Below are positions 16,816-25,835 of a stretch of DNA of 35,979 bases, piece after piece (positions within the stretch are counted from its first letter, which is position 1; the number at the start of each line of letters is the position of its first letter). The DNA lies in NCBI GenBank assembly GCA_044869275.1, contig JBIOXB010000089.1, positions 1 to 35,979 on the forward strand. The letters are read 5' to 3'. The notes below the pieces were generated by a model. That model made no database searches. It saw only the letters and a program-made list of their open reading frames with translations, and was not told where the DNA came from. The stretch is from a bacterium (GTDB lineage Bacteria; Zhuqueibacterota; Zhuqueibacteria; Zhuqueibacterales; Zhuqueibacteraceae). The position numbers were made by a program, and so were the translations under genes.

Positions 16816-19464
16816 ATGAAACGCACGTTACTGTCCATTGCCTGGGGCGTGGTTTGCACCGCTTTCGCGGCGCAGCAATCGCCTGCAGAAAAAAAAGTCT
16901 ATGTCACAAAACACATAAACCCTCATCCCCCGCAGCTTGATGGTAAATTCGACGATCCGGTTTGGGAAAAATTGAATTGGGCCGGCGATTTCACCCAGCG
17001 TGAGCCGGACGACGGCAAAGCACCCTCGCAGCCGACCAGCTTCAAAATCACATACGATGACAAAAATCTCTACGTCGCCATACGCGCGCATGACGCGGAA
17101 CCGGATAAGATCGTGCGCCGCGTCACCCGGCGCGATCAGTTCGACGGGGACTTCGTGGAAATCAATATCGACAGCTACTTCGATCATCGCACCGCTTTTT
17201 CCTTTACGGTGAATGCCGCGGGGGTGAAAGGCGATGAAGCCGTTTCCAATGATGGCAACAATTGGGATGCCAATTGGAATCCGATTTGGGACGTGGCCGT
17301 TGCAGTCGACGAGGGCGGCTGGAATGCCGAGCTGCGCATTCCTTTCAGCCAATTGCGTTTTGGCGAGAAAGAAGAGCACGTCTGGGGTGTTCAGCTCATG
17401 CGCCGCATTTTTCGCAAGCAGGAGCGCTCGGTGTGGCAATACATTCCGCAAAACACGCCGGGATGGGTGAGTTTCTTCGGCGAGCTGCGCGGTTTGAAAG
17501 ACATTCACGCACCACGCCGGGTCGAGCTTTTGCCTTACGGCGTGAGCAGTGTGCGCCGCAATGAGCCGGAGACGGGCAATCCTTTTGCAACCGGCCAGTC
17601 CAGCAAGCTCTCCGGCGGCCTCGATGCCAAGCTGGGCGTCACCAGCGATCTCACCATGGATGCCACTCTCAATCCCGATTTCGGCCAGGTGGAAGCCGAT
17701 CCTTCCCAAGTCAACCTCACGGCATTCGAGACTTTTTTTCAGGAAAAGCGCCCGTTTTTTATCGAAGGCCAAAATATTTTCGAATACCGCCTCGCCGGCG
17801 GCGATGGGCCGTTTTCGAATGACCAGCTGTTTTATTCGCGCCGCATCGGACGCCAGCCGCGCGGATCCCCCGAATTGAATGGGGGCGAATTTGCGGAAGT
17901 GCCGGAGCAAACTTCCATCATGGGCGCGGCCAAGCTCACCGGCAAAACCAAAAGCGGGGTCTCCATCGGCTTGCTCGATGCCGTGACCGACGAGGAAACG
18001 GCGGATATCGACAACCAGGGCCAGCGCCGCCAGGAAATCGTCGAGCCGCGGACGAATTATTTAGTGACGCGCTTGCAAAAGGATTTCAATAGCGGCGCGA
18101 GCGCCCTGGGCGGCATGTTCACGGCCACCCATCGCAATCTCTCGGATGCGCCGCAATTGAATTTCCTGCCCCAGGCCGCTTATTCCGGCGGCCTGGATTT
18201 CCGGCATCAATGGCACAAGCGCACCTACTATCTCGATGCGTTGGGCGTGGTGAGTAACATTCGCGGCTCGCAAGAGGCGATAAACGAGGCACAGACCTCG
18301 TCGCTGCGTTACTACCAGCGGCCGGATGCGGATTATCTCACGCTCGACTCGACGCGCACCTCGCTCTCCGGGCACGGCGGCAATCTCAGCATCGGCCGCG
18401 GCGGCAACAGTCCTCTGCGCATGCAATTGGCAACAACCTGGCGCTCACCCGGGTTGGAATTGAACGACGTGGGGTTTTTGCGCCAGGCCGATCGCATCAT
18501 GCAAAGCTTTTGGGCCGGTTATCGCATCACTAAACCGACCAGCATCTTCAATCGCTTGAATATGAACCTCAATCAATGGTGGGGGTGGAATTTCGGCGGC
18601 GAGACCGTGTTTCGTGGCGGCAATGTCAACGGCGGCGGGCAACTGAGAAATTATTGGTCCGTTTGGGGCGGGCTGGGACGCGAAGGCGCCAACCTTGCCA
18701 CCACCGCTTTGCGCGGCGGCCCGGCGCTGCGCCTGCCGGGACAATGGAATCAATGGTATGAAGTTTTCACGGACGAGCGCAAGAACTTGTACGGTGGAAT
18801 ATTCGGCTTCAACAGTTGGGTGGATGAGGGCGGCTCGCGCTTCAACGAAGTCGGCTTCAATGTAACCTATCGCCCCATGAATGCGCTCACCTTGCGGCTG
18901 AATCCTTTTTACAATATCAATCTCGATGATTTGCAATACGTCGAGACGCCGGAAACCGCGGGCGAAGCGCGTTATATCATGGGCCGGCTGCATCAGGAAA
19001 CGCTGGGTATCACTTTGCGGCTGGACTACAGCATCACGCCGGAATTATCTCTGCAATATTACGGCCAGCCCTTTATCTCCGCGGGCCAGTATTCGCAATT
19101 CAAGCGCATCACCTCCCCGCGCGCCGAGCGTTACGCCGATCGCTTTCATATTCTCACGAGTGAACTTCAGCCTGGGGTGGATGAGGACGGCAACCCCATT
19201 TACGAAGTCGACGAAGATTTGAGCGGCGTGGCGGATTACAGCTTTGGCAATCCGGACTTCAACTTCCAGCAATTCCGCTCGAATTTTGTGCTGCGGTGGG
19301 AATACAGCCCGGGCTCCACGGTGTTTTTTGTGTGGTCGCAGGACCGCACCGGCAGCGAGGCCATGGGCGAGTTTTCCGCGCGCAACGATTTCAAGCATCT
19401 CTTCAACAGCATTTACCCCGACAATGTTTTCTTGATCAAGTTGAACCGGTGGTTTTCGTTGTGA
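16816..19464 (+). CDS. CBM9-like + DUF5916 exported protein, probably an outer-membrane beta-barrel
   Basis: RBS GGAG then signal MKRTLLSIAWGVVCTAFAA|Q; CBM9-like LDGKFDDPVW...YDDKNLYV...GWNAELRIPFSQLRF; NPDFGQVEAD, EKRPFF, LFYSRRIG and NFVLRWEY; aromatic C-terminus WFSL. Confidence 0.85.
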   Translation: MKRTLLSIAWGVVCTAFAAQQSPAEKKVYVTKHINPHPPQLDGKFDDPVWEKLNWAGDFTQREPDDGKAPSQPTSFKITYDDKNLYVAIRAHDAEPDKIVRRVTRRDQFDGDFVEINIDSYFDHRTAFSFTVNAAGVKGDEAVSNDGNNWDANWNPIWDVAVAVDEGGWNAELRIPFSQLRFGEKEEHVWGVQLMRRIFRKQERSVWQYIPQNTPGWVSFFGELRGLKDIHAPRRVELLPYGVSSVRRNEPETGNPFATGQSSKLSGGLDAKLGVTSDLTMDATLNPDFGQVEADPSQVNLTAFETFFQEKRPFFIEGQNIFEYRLAGGDGPFSNDQLFYSRRIGRQPRGSPELNGGEFAEVPEQTSIMGAAKLTGKTKSGVSIGLLDAVTDEETADIDNQGQRRQEIVEPRTNYLVTRLQKDFNSGASALGGMFTATHRNLSDAPQLNFLPQAAYSGGLDFRHQWHKRTYYLDALGVVSNIRGSQEAINEAQTSSLRYYQRPDADYLTLDSTRTSLSGHGGNLSIGRGGNSPLRMQLATTWRSPGLELNDVGFLRQADRIMQSFWAGYRITKPTSIFNRLNMNLNQWWGWNFGGETVFRGGNVNGGGQLRNYWSVWGGLGREGANLATTALRGGPALRLPGQWNQWYEVFTDERKNLYGGIFGFNSWVDEGGSRFNEVGFNVTYRPMNALTLRLNPFYNINLDDLQYVETPETAGEARYIMGRLHQETLGITLRLDYSITPELSLQYYGQPFISAGQYSQFKRITSPRAERYADRFHILTSELQPGVDEDGNPIYEVDEDLSGVADYSFGNPDFNFQQFRSNFVLRWEYSPGSTVFFVWSQDRTGSEAMGEFSARNDFKHLFNSIYPDNVFLIKLNRWFSL

Positions 19465-19635
19465 CGTTCTCTGTGAACTCAGCGTCCAGGCGGTTCAATT
19501 CTACGAAATATTCAGGCTAAGAAAACTATTACCATCTATTCCATCATGCCGAATTGGGCTGGCGCAAAGAACCGCGCTAGCTCAATTCTTGTTTCATTTA
19601 GTCACGGGGGAGCCAGCGCCAAAACTCACCGCACA

Positions 19636-21471
19636 TTAAAGTTCCCTCCCCACCGGATACAGCCTCCATTGCTCGTCAAAAAACGGCGTACGGCGGTAAA
19701 GCCACTGCAATCGTTCCGGCGGATTATTCGCCAGCGTCGAATCTAACTTTGCTTTTGATTCGAATTCGGTTTTCAGCGTCGCGTCTTCAGCGAGCATGCG
19801 CTCGGCCATGGGCTGCATCACGTATTCTTCCACGTATTCCACCGGTGTCAGAATCTCCAAAAAGAATCCCCATTGAAAAAAAGAATCCGGCGAATGCGGC
19901 TCGAGCAGCAGCACGGCCAGGGTCCCCAAAGGTTGATCCGTGGAAATGCGCACGGAACCGGCCGGGAAATGCTGGCGGCGGCGCTCGGCGACCGGCGTAG
20001 CGGTGACATTCACGCGGCCTTCGAAAGGCTGCGGAGCCAGCTTTGCGTCATGCATGCGATACATTTCCACTTCCAGGTCGCGCGCCTCGTTCATGCGTTC
20101 CAATTGAATGCCGTGCTTGGCCAGGCGCGCGATCACCTCGGTCCACGCCGGTGGAATCCAATAAGCATTCGGACGGCGCACGCTGCTCGCGGCCTCGTTC
20201 ATGCGCACCAGCGGGACCTGTTGCGCCACCGGCTTGCCGGTCCACTGCACGTAATCGCCGTTGGTTATTTTTGAGGATAGCAAGCGCGACTCGACGCTCA
20301 ACAATTCCATCATCTCCGGCGGCCGTTGCGGCGGCACCTGCCACGTCAATGGTATTTCCCCCATGTGGCGATTGCGATCTGCCGTAATCGCCGCGCGGAG
20401 TTTTGATCCTTCATGCGCAAGCACGCGCAACGTTGCTTCCAACAATACATACGTGCCGAGCACACGCTGCCGGTAAGGCTTGAGCGAATGATTCTCGACC
20501 AAGACGGAGGGCAAATGCCGGGCATTGCCATAGGCATCGGAAAACCGCGGCCCGGCGGTCCATTGGATAATGCCGCGTTGATAGTCGCGGCCATTCACCG
20601 GAAAGATCAATGGCCCGGGAACGTGCCCCATGGCTTTGAGATCACGATTGAGCGCCGGCGACATTGCCTCTTCGAGCCAGGCGGAAATGGCGGGCGAATA
20701 ACCGTGCTTGCCGATATAGCCGAACGTGATGTCGTATTGATAATCCGAGCCGTCCGTGACGTGAAGATCAAAATACAAGTCCGGGTCCCAATCATTCAGC
20801 GCCTGAATCAGGGCTTGCATTTCCGGCGCGTCCATTTTGCTGTAGTCGCGGTTGAGATTGAGATTGCGCGCGGTGGTGCGCCAGCCGGCTTCTGCCGGGC
20901 CGCGTTGATTGATGCGCGTGAACGCGGAAAAACGTTCGTGGCCATCGACATTGAAAATCGGCACGAAGAGAAAATTGGCCTTCTCCAGCAAATCGCGCTT
21001 CTTGCCGGCCACGGTCATGTCGCGCAACAACATCATGCCGGCATCCTTGCCGTCGATTTCGCCGGCATGAATTCCGGCCTGCGCGAGAAAGATGGGTTTG
21101 CCGGTGGCGCGCATTGCCGCAGGCGTGAACGCCAGCTCTTGCGAAGCGACCATCATCCAAATATCTCTGCCTTCCGAACTCTTGCCGAGCGAAATCATCT
21201 CCAGCTCGGGCGCGGCCTGGGCCAGCTTGCGCAGCCATTGCATGGTTTCCTCATAGCGCGGCGTGCGCAAGAAATCGCTTTGTTCAACCGGCGTAATCCA
21301 AGGATCGTTCTTGGCCGCAATCAAGTTCTGGCTTTTGCCGTTCCACTTCAGGGCCGGAGGCAGAATCGCCATGCCATTAGCTTGGCCTAAAGCGTTTGGG
21401 ACAAACATCACCACTAAAACGGACAAAGCCATCAAGGCAAAGAGGCAATGATGATCACGCGTATTTTCCAT
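19636..21471 (-). CDS. M14 zinc carboxypeptidase-family protein, exported
   Basis: GIHAGEIDG (HxxE), NLNRD, DLHVTDG and LVENH; RBS GAGGAGG before ATG 21471; signal-like N-terminus. Confidence 0.9.
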   Translation of the reverse strand: MENTRDHHCLFALMALSVLVVMFVPNALGQANGMAILPPALKWNGKSQNLIAAKNDPWITPVEQSDFLRTPRYEETMQWLRKLAQAAPELEMISLGKSSEGRDIWMMVASQELAFTPAAMRATGKPIFLAQAGIHAGEIDGKDAGMMLLRDMTVAGKKRDLLEKANFLFVPIFNVDGHERFSAFTRINQRGPAEAGWRTTARNLNLNRDYSKMDAPEMQALIQALNDWDPDLYFDLHVTDGSDYQYDITFGYIGKHGYSPAISAWLEEAMSPALNRDLKAMGHVPGPLIFPVNGRDYQRGIIQWTAGPRFSDAYGNARHLPSVLVENHSLKPYRQRVLGTYVLLEATLRVLAHEGSKLRAAITADRNRHMGEIPLTWQVPPQRPPEMMELLSVESRLLSSKITNGDYVQWTGKPVAQQVPLVRMNEAASSVRRPNAYWIPPAWTEVIARLAKHGIQLERMNEARDLEVEMYRMHDAKLAPQPFEGRVNVTATPVAERRRQHFPAGSVRISTDQPLGTLAVLLLEPHSPDSFFQWGFFLEILTPVEYVEEYVMQPMAERMLAEDATLKTEFESKAKLDSTLANNPPERLQWLYRRTPFFDEQWRLYPVGREL

Positions 21472-21535
21472 GAACAACCTCCTCAGTTTGATTGTCTCGA
21501 AAGGCACGGCAGAATCATCCCGCAAAAACACTCAG

Positions 21536-21645
21536 AAGACAGAAAGATGGAGAACAGAAAAGTTTTTGCCGACTGTACCTCCCTTCCTTCTCCATTTCCC
21601 GGCATGAGGCCTGACGCCATTTTCTGTCTTTCATTTTTCTGTCTT
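21536..21645. repeat. Long imperfect inverted repeat built from GACAGAAAAAT-like units
   Basis: AAGACAGAAAGATGGAGAACAGAAAA (21536-21561) and TTTTCTGTCTTTCATTTTTCTGTCTT (21620-21645) pair at 22 of 26 positions. Confidence 0.7.
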
Positions 21646-21673
21646 GGCTTTTGTTCAAGCCAACTTAACGTTG

Positions 21674-24600
21674 TCAAGGCAGTTTCAGCGCATATCCCAC
21701 AGCTTGTGAGACCGTCATCTCCTTCCCCGCATTCCATGTCGCCGCAAACATTGCTCCGTCAAGAAGTGTTTGCACCTGTACAACTTCGCGTTCGAACCCC
21801 ATCCTTTCATGCACCGACATGGGAGCGCCGATGGTTTGGTGCAGCGCCTCTGCAGCGGCGAAGAGGCGGGCGCTGCGCTCGGGATCGCCCTTGGCCAAAG
21901 CCAAGCCGCCAAAACCAAGCAGCGCCTTTGCCATGCCGAGCTTGTTTCCCGTATCTCTATTTAAGCTCATGCTTTCGTGAAAGCAAGCTGCCGCACGCTC
22001 ATCGTCATTGCGGCCGAGTGCCAGCCGGCCCAGGTGATAGAGCACAATTGCCATTCCCCATTTGTACCCCCAAACGCGAAACTTCGCCAGGCTTTCTTCC
22101 AGGAGTTCCTGCGCCTGCTGCTCATCACCGTGGTGCTGCTTCATCAGGCCCAGCAGCCACAACATCTGCGGATCTCTGTCTTTTATCATCGCGGAGCCTT
22201 CCTCCAAAAGCTCGGCGGCACGCGCAAGGTCGCCTTGATCCAGCGCCATTTGCGCCAGAATCCACACGGAAAAACCCATCATCATGTTGTCGCCCAATCG
22301 GCGCAGTCTTTCTCTGGCAGATTCAACGAGCGCGGCGGCCTTTTCATAATTGCCCTGCATAACTTCAATCCATCCCAGTAGATTGGTTGCAAACGCCACG
22401 CCTCGCTCATCGCCGATTTCCTGCCGCAGGTTGAGGCCATTTTCTTGCAGCGCCCGCGCCCGGGAAAATTCAGATTGCGCAACGGCCACGGCAGCAAGAT
22501 TGTTAAAAGCAACGGCCATTCCGCGTTTATCTTCCAATTCCGCATGTAGCGTCAGACTCTCTCCAGAAAGCTCACTCGCCTCGGTCAACTCCCCGAGCTG
22601 GGCCGCTATCCAACCGAGATTGTTGATGACGGTTGCCATGCCCTTCTTGTCCCCAAGCTCGCGCCATATCCCCAGGCTTTCTTCCAGCAACGGACGGGCG
22701 GCAGTATATTCGCCCAATTCATGCATGATGGTGCCAGCGGCATTGAGAACCTTGGCGCGCTCCCGCGTTCGCCGGGTGGCGTCCGGAAGTGCGAGCATCG
22801 CCAACAAGCGCTCGCGGCCTTCTTCCATGTGTCCGCGTACGATCCAAAGCCGCCAAATCGCCGCGCCCAACTGCAAGCCGTAATCTGCCCGCCCGGTTTC
22901 CTCCACCCAGGAAAAAACCGCACGCAAATTGTCGTGCTCGCGCTCGAGTATGCTCAACCAGAGCGCTTGCTTTGCTCCGGTCAGCTCCGGCTCTGCTTTT
23001 TGTGCCAGCGCCAGAAAATAATCAGCGTGCCGGCGGCGAGTGGGCTCCCAGTCCGCACTCGCCTGCAAACATTCGAGTGCAAATTCACGAATGGTCTCGA
23101 GCATCACAAATCTTGCTTCGCCATCTTTCGTTTGGTCTTGCCGGAGCAGGCTTTGATCGATTAAGGCCGTGATCAAGTCGAGAGCATCGGGCGCGAGCTC
23201 AGCCGCATCGCCGGCAGAAGTACAAATCGCTTCTACCGCCTCCAAAGAGCAGCCGCCGACGAATACGCCCAAGCGTTGGAAGAACACTCGCTCTACAGGC
23301 GTGAGCAAATCGTAGCTCCAGGCAATCGCCTGCCGCAACGCTTGATGCCGCGCCGGCATGTCGCGCGGACCGCCGCGCAAAAACTGGAGCCGGCTGCCCA
23401 GGCGCGCGAGCAGCGCTTGCGGCGCGAAGAGCTTGAGACGTGCCGCAGCCAATTCAATGGCGAGCGGCAAGCCCTCGAGACGAAAACAAATCTCGGCAAC
23501 GGCGGGGGCATTGTCATTGTTCACTTCGAAATCGGGCTTGACCGCGAGAGCGCGCTGAATAAAAAGCTCGACTGCGGCATATTGCGGCAGCGCATCCTTC
23601 GAGACTGCCGCCTGCGGATCCGGTGCGGGCAGAGGCTCCACCGGATACTCCCGCTCTCCCTTGAGGTGCAAAATAATACGGCTGGTTACCAGAATCTTTA
23701 AATGCGGGCAGGCTGCGAGCAAATCCGACATCACGGGTGCGGCGGACACCACTTGTTCAAGATTATCGAGCACAAGCAGCAAGTGTTTCTCGCGCAGATC
23801 CGCGATGACGCTCTCGCGCAAAGGCTTGCCCCGGTTTTCACGAATGCCAAGGGTTTGGGCGATGGTGGGGAGAACCAATTCGGAGTCGGAGATCGCTGCC
23901 AGGCCAACAAAGAAAACTCCCTGAGCAAATTCCTCGAGCAGGCTTCTGGCGACTTGCAAGCTGAGACTGGTTTTGCCGATGCCGCCGGGGCCGGTTAAAG
24001 TCACCAGCCGCACCTCGGCTTTGAGCAAGAGTTGCCTTAGAGCCTCAAACTCATGCTCACGACCGATGAGGGGCGTTATTTGCGCCGGCAAATTGTTGGG
24101 CCAGCTATTGAGAGTTTTGAGAGAGGGAAAATCGGCCTGCAAATCTGGAGCAATGATCTGGTAGATATGTTCCGCATGCTGCAAATCTTTGAGACGATGC
24201 TCGCCGAGATCGAGCAAATTCACGCCCGCGGGCAGATTGTCCGCGACGAGTTGGCGTGTGGTTTCCGAGATGAGAATCTGGCCGCCGTGGCCGGCAGAGC
24301 ACAGGCGCGCGGCGCGATGCACATCCATGCCCACGTAACCTGTCGCTGTTACCACTGGCTCGCCGGTGTGCAAGGCCATGCGCACGCGCAAAGTTTCACC
24401 CGCCGGCCATGGATGGCGGGCAAACCGGAGTTGCGCCTCAATTGCCGCAGCGACGCCCTCCTGTGCGCGGCCGAAGGCAACGAAGAATGCATCTCCGGCG
24501 GTATCGATTTCAAAACCTTGAAATTGCCGAAATGCGGCGCGCATGAGCGCGCGTTGCTCTTCCAGCGCCTGCGCATACTTATCGCCAATTTGTTGCAGGA

Positions 24601-24694
24601 GCACGGTCGAGCCTTCGATGTCACTAAATAAAAATGTGACCGTGCCCACGGGTTTGCGCGGCGTTATGTCTTGGGCCTCTTGCTCTATTTTCAT
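21674..24694 (-). CDS. Class III nucleotide cyclase + STAND (NB-ARC/AAA) ATPase + TPR repeat protein
   Basis: FLFSDIEGST, DTAGDAFF, RMALHTGE and VHRAAR; Walker A GPGGIGKT; Walker B LLVLDNLE; GLPLAIELAAA; C-terminal TPR-like helical repeats; no HTH. Confidence 0.93.
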   Translation of the reverse strand: MKIEQEAQDITPRKPVGTVTFLFSDIEGSTVLLQQIGDKYAQALEEQRALMRAAFRQFQGFEIDTAGDAFFVAFGRAQEGVAAAIEAQLRFARHPWPAGETLRVRMALHTGEPVVTATGYVGMDVHRAARLCSAGHGGQILISETTRQLVADNLPAGVNLLDLGEHRLKDLQHAEHIYQIIAPDLQADFPSLKTLNSWPNNLPAQITPLIGREHEFEALRQLLLKAEVRLVTLTGPGGIGKTSLSLQVARSLLEEFAQGVFFVGLAAISDSELVLPTIAQTLGIRENRGKPLRESVIADLREKHLLLVLDNLEQVVSAAPVMSDLLAACPHLKILVTSRIILHLKGEREYPVEPLPAPDPQAAVSKDALPQYAAVELFIQRALAVKPDFEVNNDNAPAVAEICFRLEGLPLAIELAAARLKLFAPQALLARLGSRLQFLRGGPRDMPARHQALRQAIAWSYDLLTPVERVFFQRLGVFVGGCSLEAVEAICTSAGDAAELAPDALDLITALIDQSLLRQDQTKDGEARFVMLETIREFALECLQASADWEPTRRRHADYFLALAQKAEPELTGAKQALWLSILEREHDNLRAVFSWVEETGRADYGLQLGAAIWRLWIVRGHMEEGRERLLAMLALPDATRRTRERAKVLNAAGTIMHELGEYTAARPLLEESLGIWRELGDKKGMATVINNLGWIAAQLGELTEASELSGESLTLHAELEDKRGMAVAFNNLAAVAVAQSEFSRARALQENGLNLRQEIGDERGVAFATNLLGWIEVMQGNYEKAAALVESARERLRRLGDNMMMGFSVWILAQMALDQGDLARAAELLEEGSAMIKDRDPQMLWLLGLMKQHHGDEQQAQELLEESLAKFRVWGYKWGMAIVLYHLGRLALGRNDDERAAACFHESMSLNRDTGNKLGMAKALLGFGGLALAKGDPERSARLFAAAEALHQTIGAPMSVHERMGFEREVVQVQTLLDGAMFAATWNAGKEMTVSQAVGYALKLP

Positions 24695-24738
24695 GCGATC
24701 TTACGCTTGATTCCAATCTTTCAGCGTACCACGAGCCT

Positions 24739-24767
24739 GTTATAATAGTAGTACACTGTTACCTCAA
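24739..24767 (-). promoter_or_regulatory. Possible sigma70 promoter of the cyclase-STAND gene
   Basis: TTGAGG-N17-TATAAC on the - strand, about 45 bp upstream of the ATG. Confidence 0.35.
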
Positions 24768-24797
24768 TGCTTGCAACCACTGAAATGAAAAGCTTCT

Positions 24798-24882
24798 TTC
24801 CCTGGGAGTTCCATTTCCGTGGGCTAAAGCTTTGCTGCTCGAAGAGCTTCGGTTTTCATCCCGACCCTTCGGGATGAAAACC
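24798..24882. repeat. Second copy of the REP-like unit plus a perfect 14-bp hairpin
   Basis: TTCCCTGGGAGTTCCATTTCCGTGGGC (24798-24824) matches 6312-6338 at 24 of 27 positions; GGTTTTCATCCCGA-ccct-TCGGGATGAAAACC at 24851-24882. Confidence 0.75.
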
Positions 24883-24963
24883 TGGTGTAGCAATTAAGTT
24901 GACAGAATAGTAGCTCCTGCTTGATGACTATTATTATGTCGACGATCGCGAAGGCAACTACCG

Positions 24964-25665
24964 TCAGCCAGCCGCCAGAGTCAGACGGAACGCGACCATC
25001 TCCTGGCCATTGCGAACCAACAGGACATCACCAGCCAGCACCGGGTGGTTCCAGGTCTTGCCCTCGATCGCCGGAATCCGCGCCAGCTCAGTGAACTTGT
25101 CGAAGGCTGTCTTGACCAGCGGCAGCGGCTCATCGCCGGCTTGGGCCAGGAGCCGCTCTTCGGGGGTCGCCGCCCACCGCCACGCAAAATCGTGATCGAG
25201 ATCACCGGTAAAGCCACCGGTACGGATGAGCGTCCACACTCCACACGCGAGCACGATGGTCGCGACCATCGGCACGCGCCAAAGTCCGTCAGAGAGGCTA
25301 CGGCCGGCCACCGCCCACCCGACGAAGGCGAGGCTCAGAACCGGGATGGCGAGGATGAAAAACAGCATCCCCATGGCCCCCGTGGCAATCGACTCGTGGA
25401 GGAGGTACGGTGTCGCGAACAGTGCGACGATCATCAGGATGACGGCACCCAGGCGCTCGGACCATGGCGACCGGCTGAAGAACACCCACTACACCACGAT
25501 AGCCAACGCGCCAACCATTCCGCCCATCACCCCGAGGTAAAGGGCCACGGGCACGACAATAGGGACGACAGACCTAACCAACAACAGCATCACCGCGGCG
25601 AGCACGCCGGGCCACAGCCGGAGCGGCTTCGGTCGAGCCAGTTCGTCGGTCCTTCTATTGAACAT
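24964..25665 (-). pseudogene. Pseudogene of a membrane-anchored PQQ-like (BamB-type) beta-propeller protein
   Basis: RBS GAGGA and ATG 25665 (MFNRRTDELARPKPLRLWPG...); in-frame TAG at 25489-25491 (IVV*WVFFSR). After the TM region and WRW..TPEERLL it jumps directly to the last blade, LARIPAIEGKTWNHPVLAGDVLLVRNGQEM. Confidence 0.8.
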
Positions 25666-25728
25666 TGTCCAATCCTCATACTATTCTATAGGCCAGGATC
25701 GCGGTCTAATTTTATGAATTAACCAGAG

Positions 25729-25757
25729 TAAACGTATTATTTGAGATATTTGTTACA
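25729..25757 (-). promoter_or_regulatory. Putative ECF-sigma promoter of the propeller pseudogene
   Basis: TGTAAC-N17-CGTTTA on the - strand, in an AT-rich gap. Confidence 0.45.
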
Positions 25758-25835
25758 GGCTAAATAGGAACACAAAATTTTCCGGGATTGCAATAGGTCA
25801 CCGCGCCGAGCGAACGCTGGTCTCTTGCTTTATTC

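Noticed and set aside
24883..24960. IS end or integron attC site next to the pseudogene
   Set aside because: No matching terminal inverted repeat, target duplication or complementary R-box pair was found.
25489..25491. In-frame TAG as pyrrolysine or stop-codon readthrough
   Set aside because: It is one transition from TGG in a likely WW motif, the gene also has a large deletion, and TAG is a normal stop for fabH and pepD in this window.
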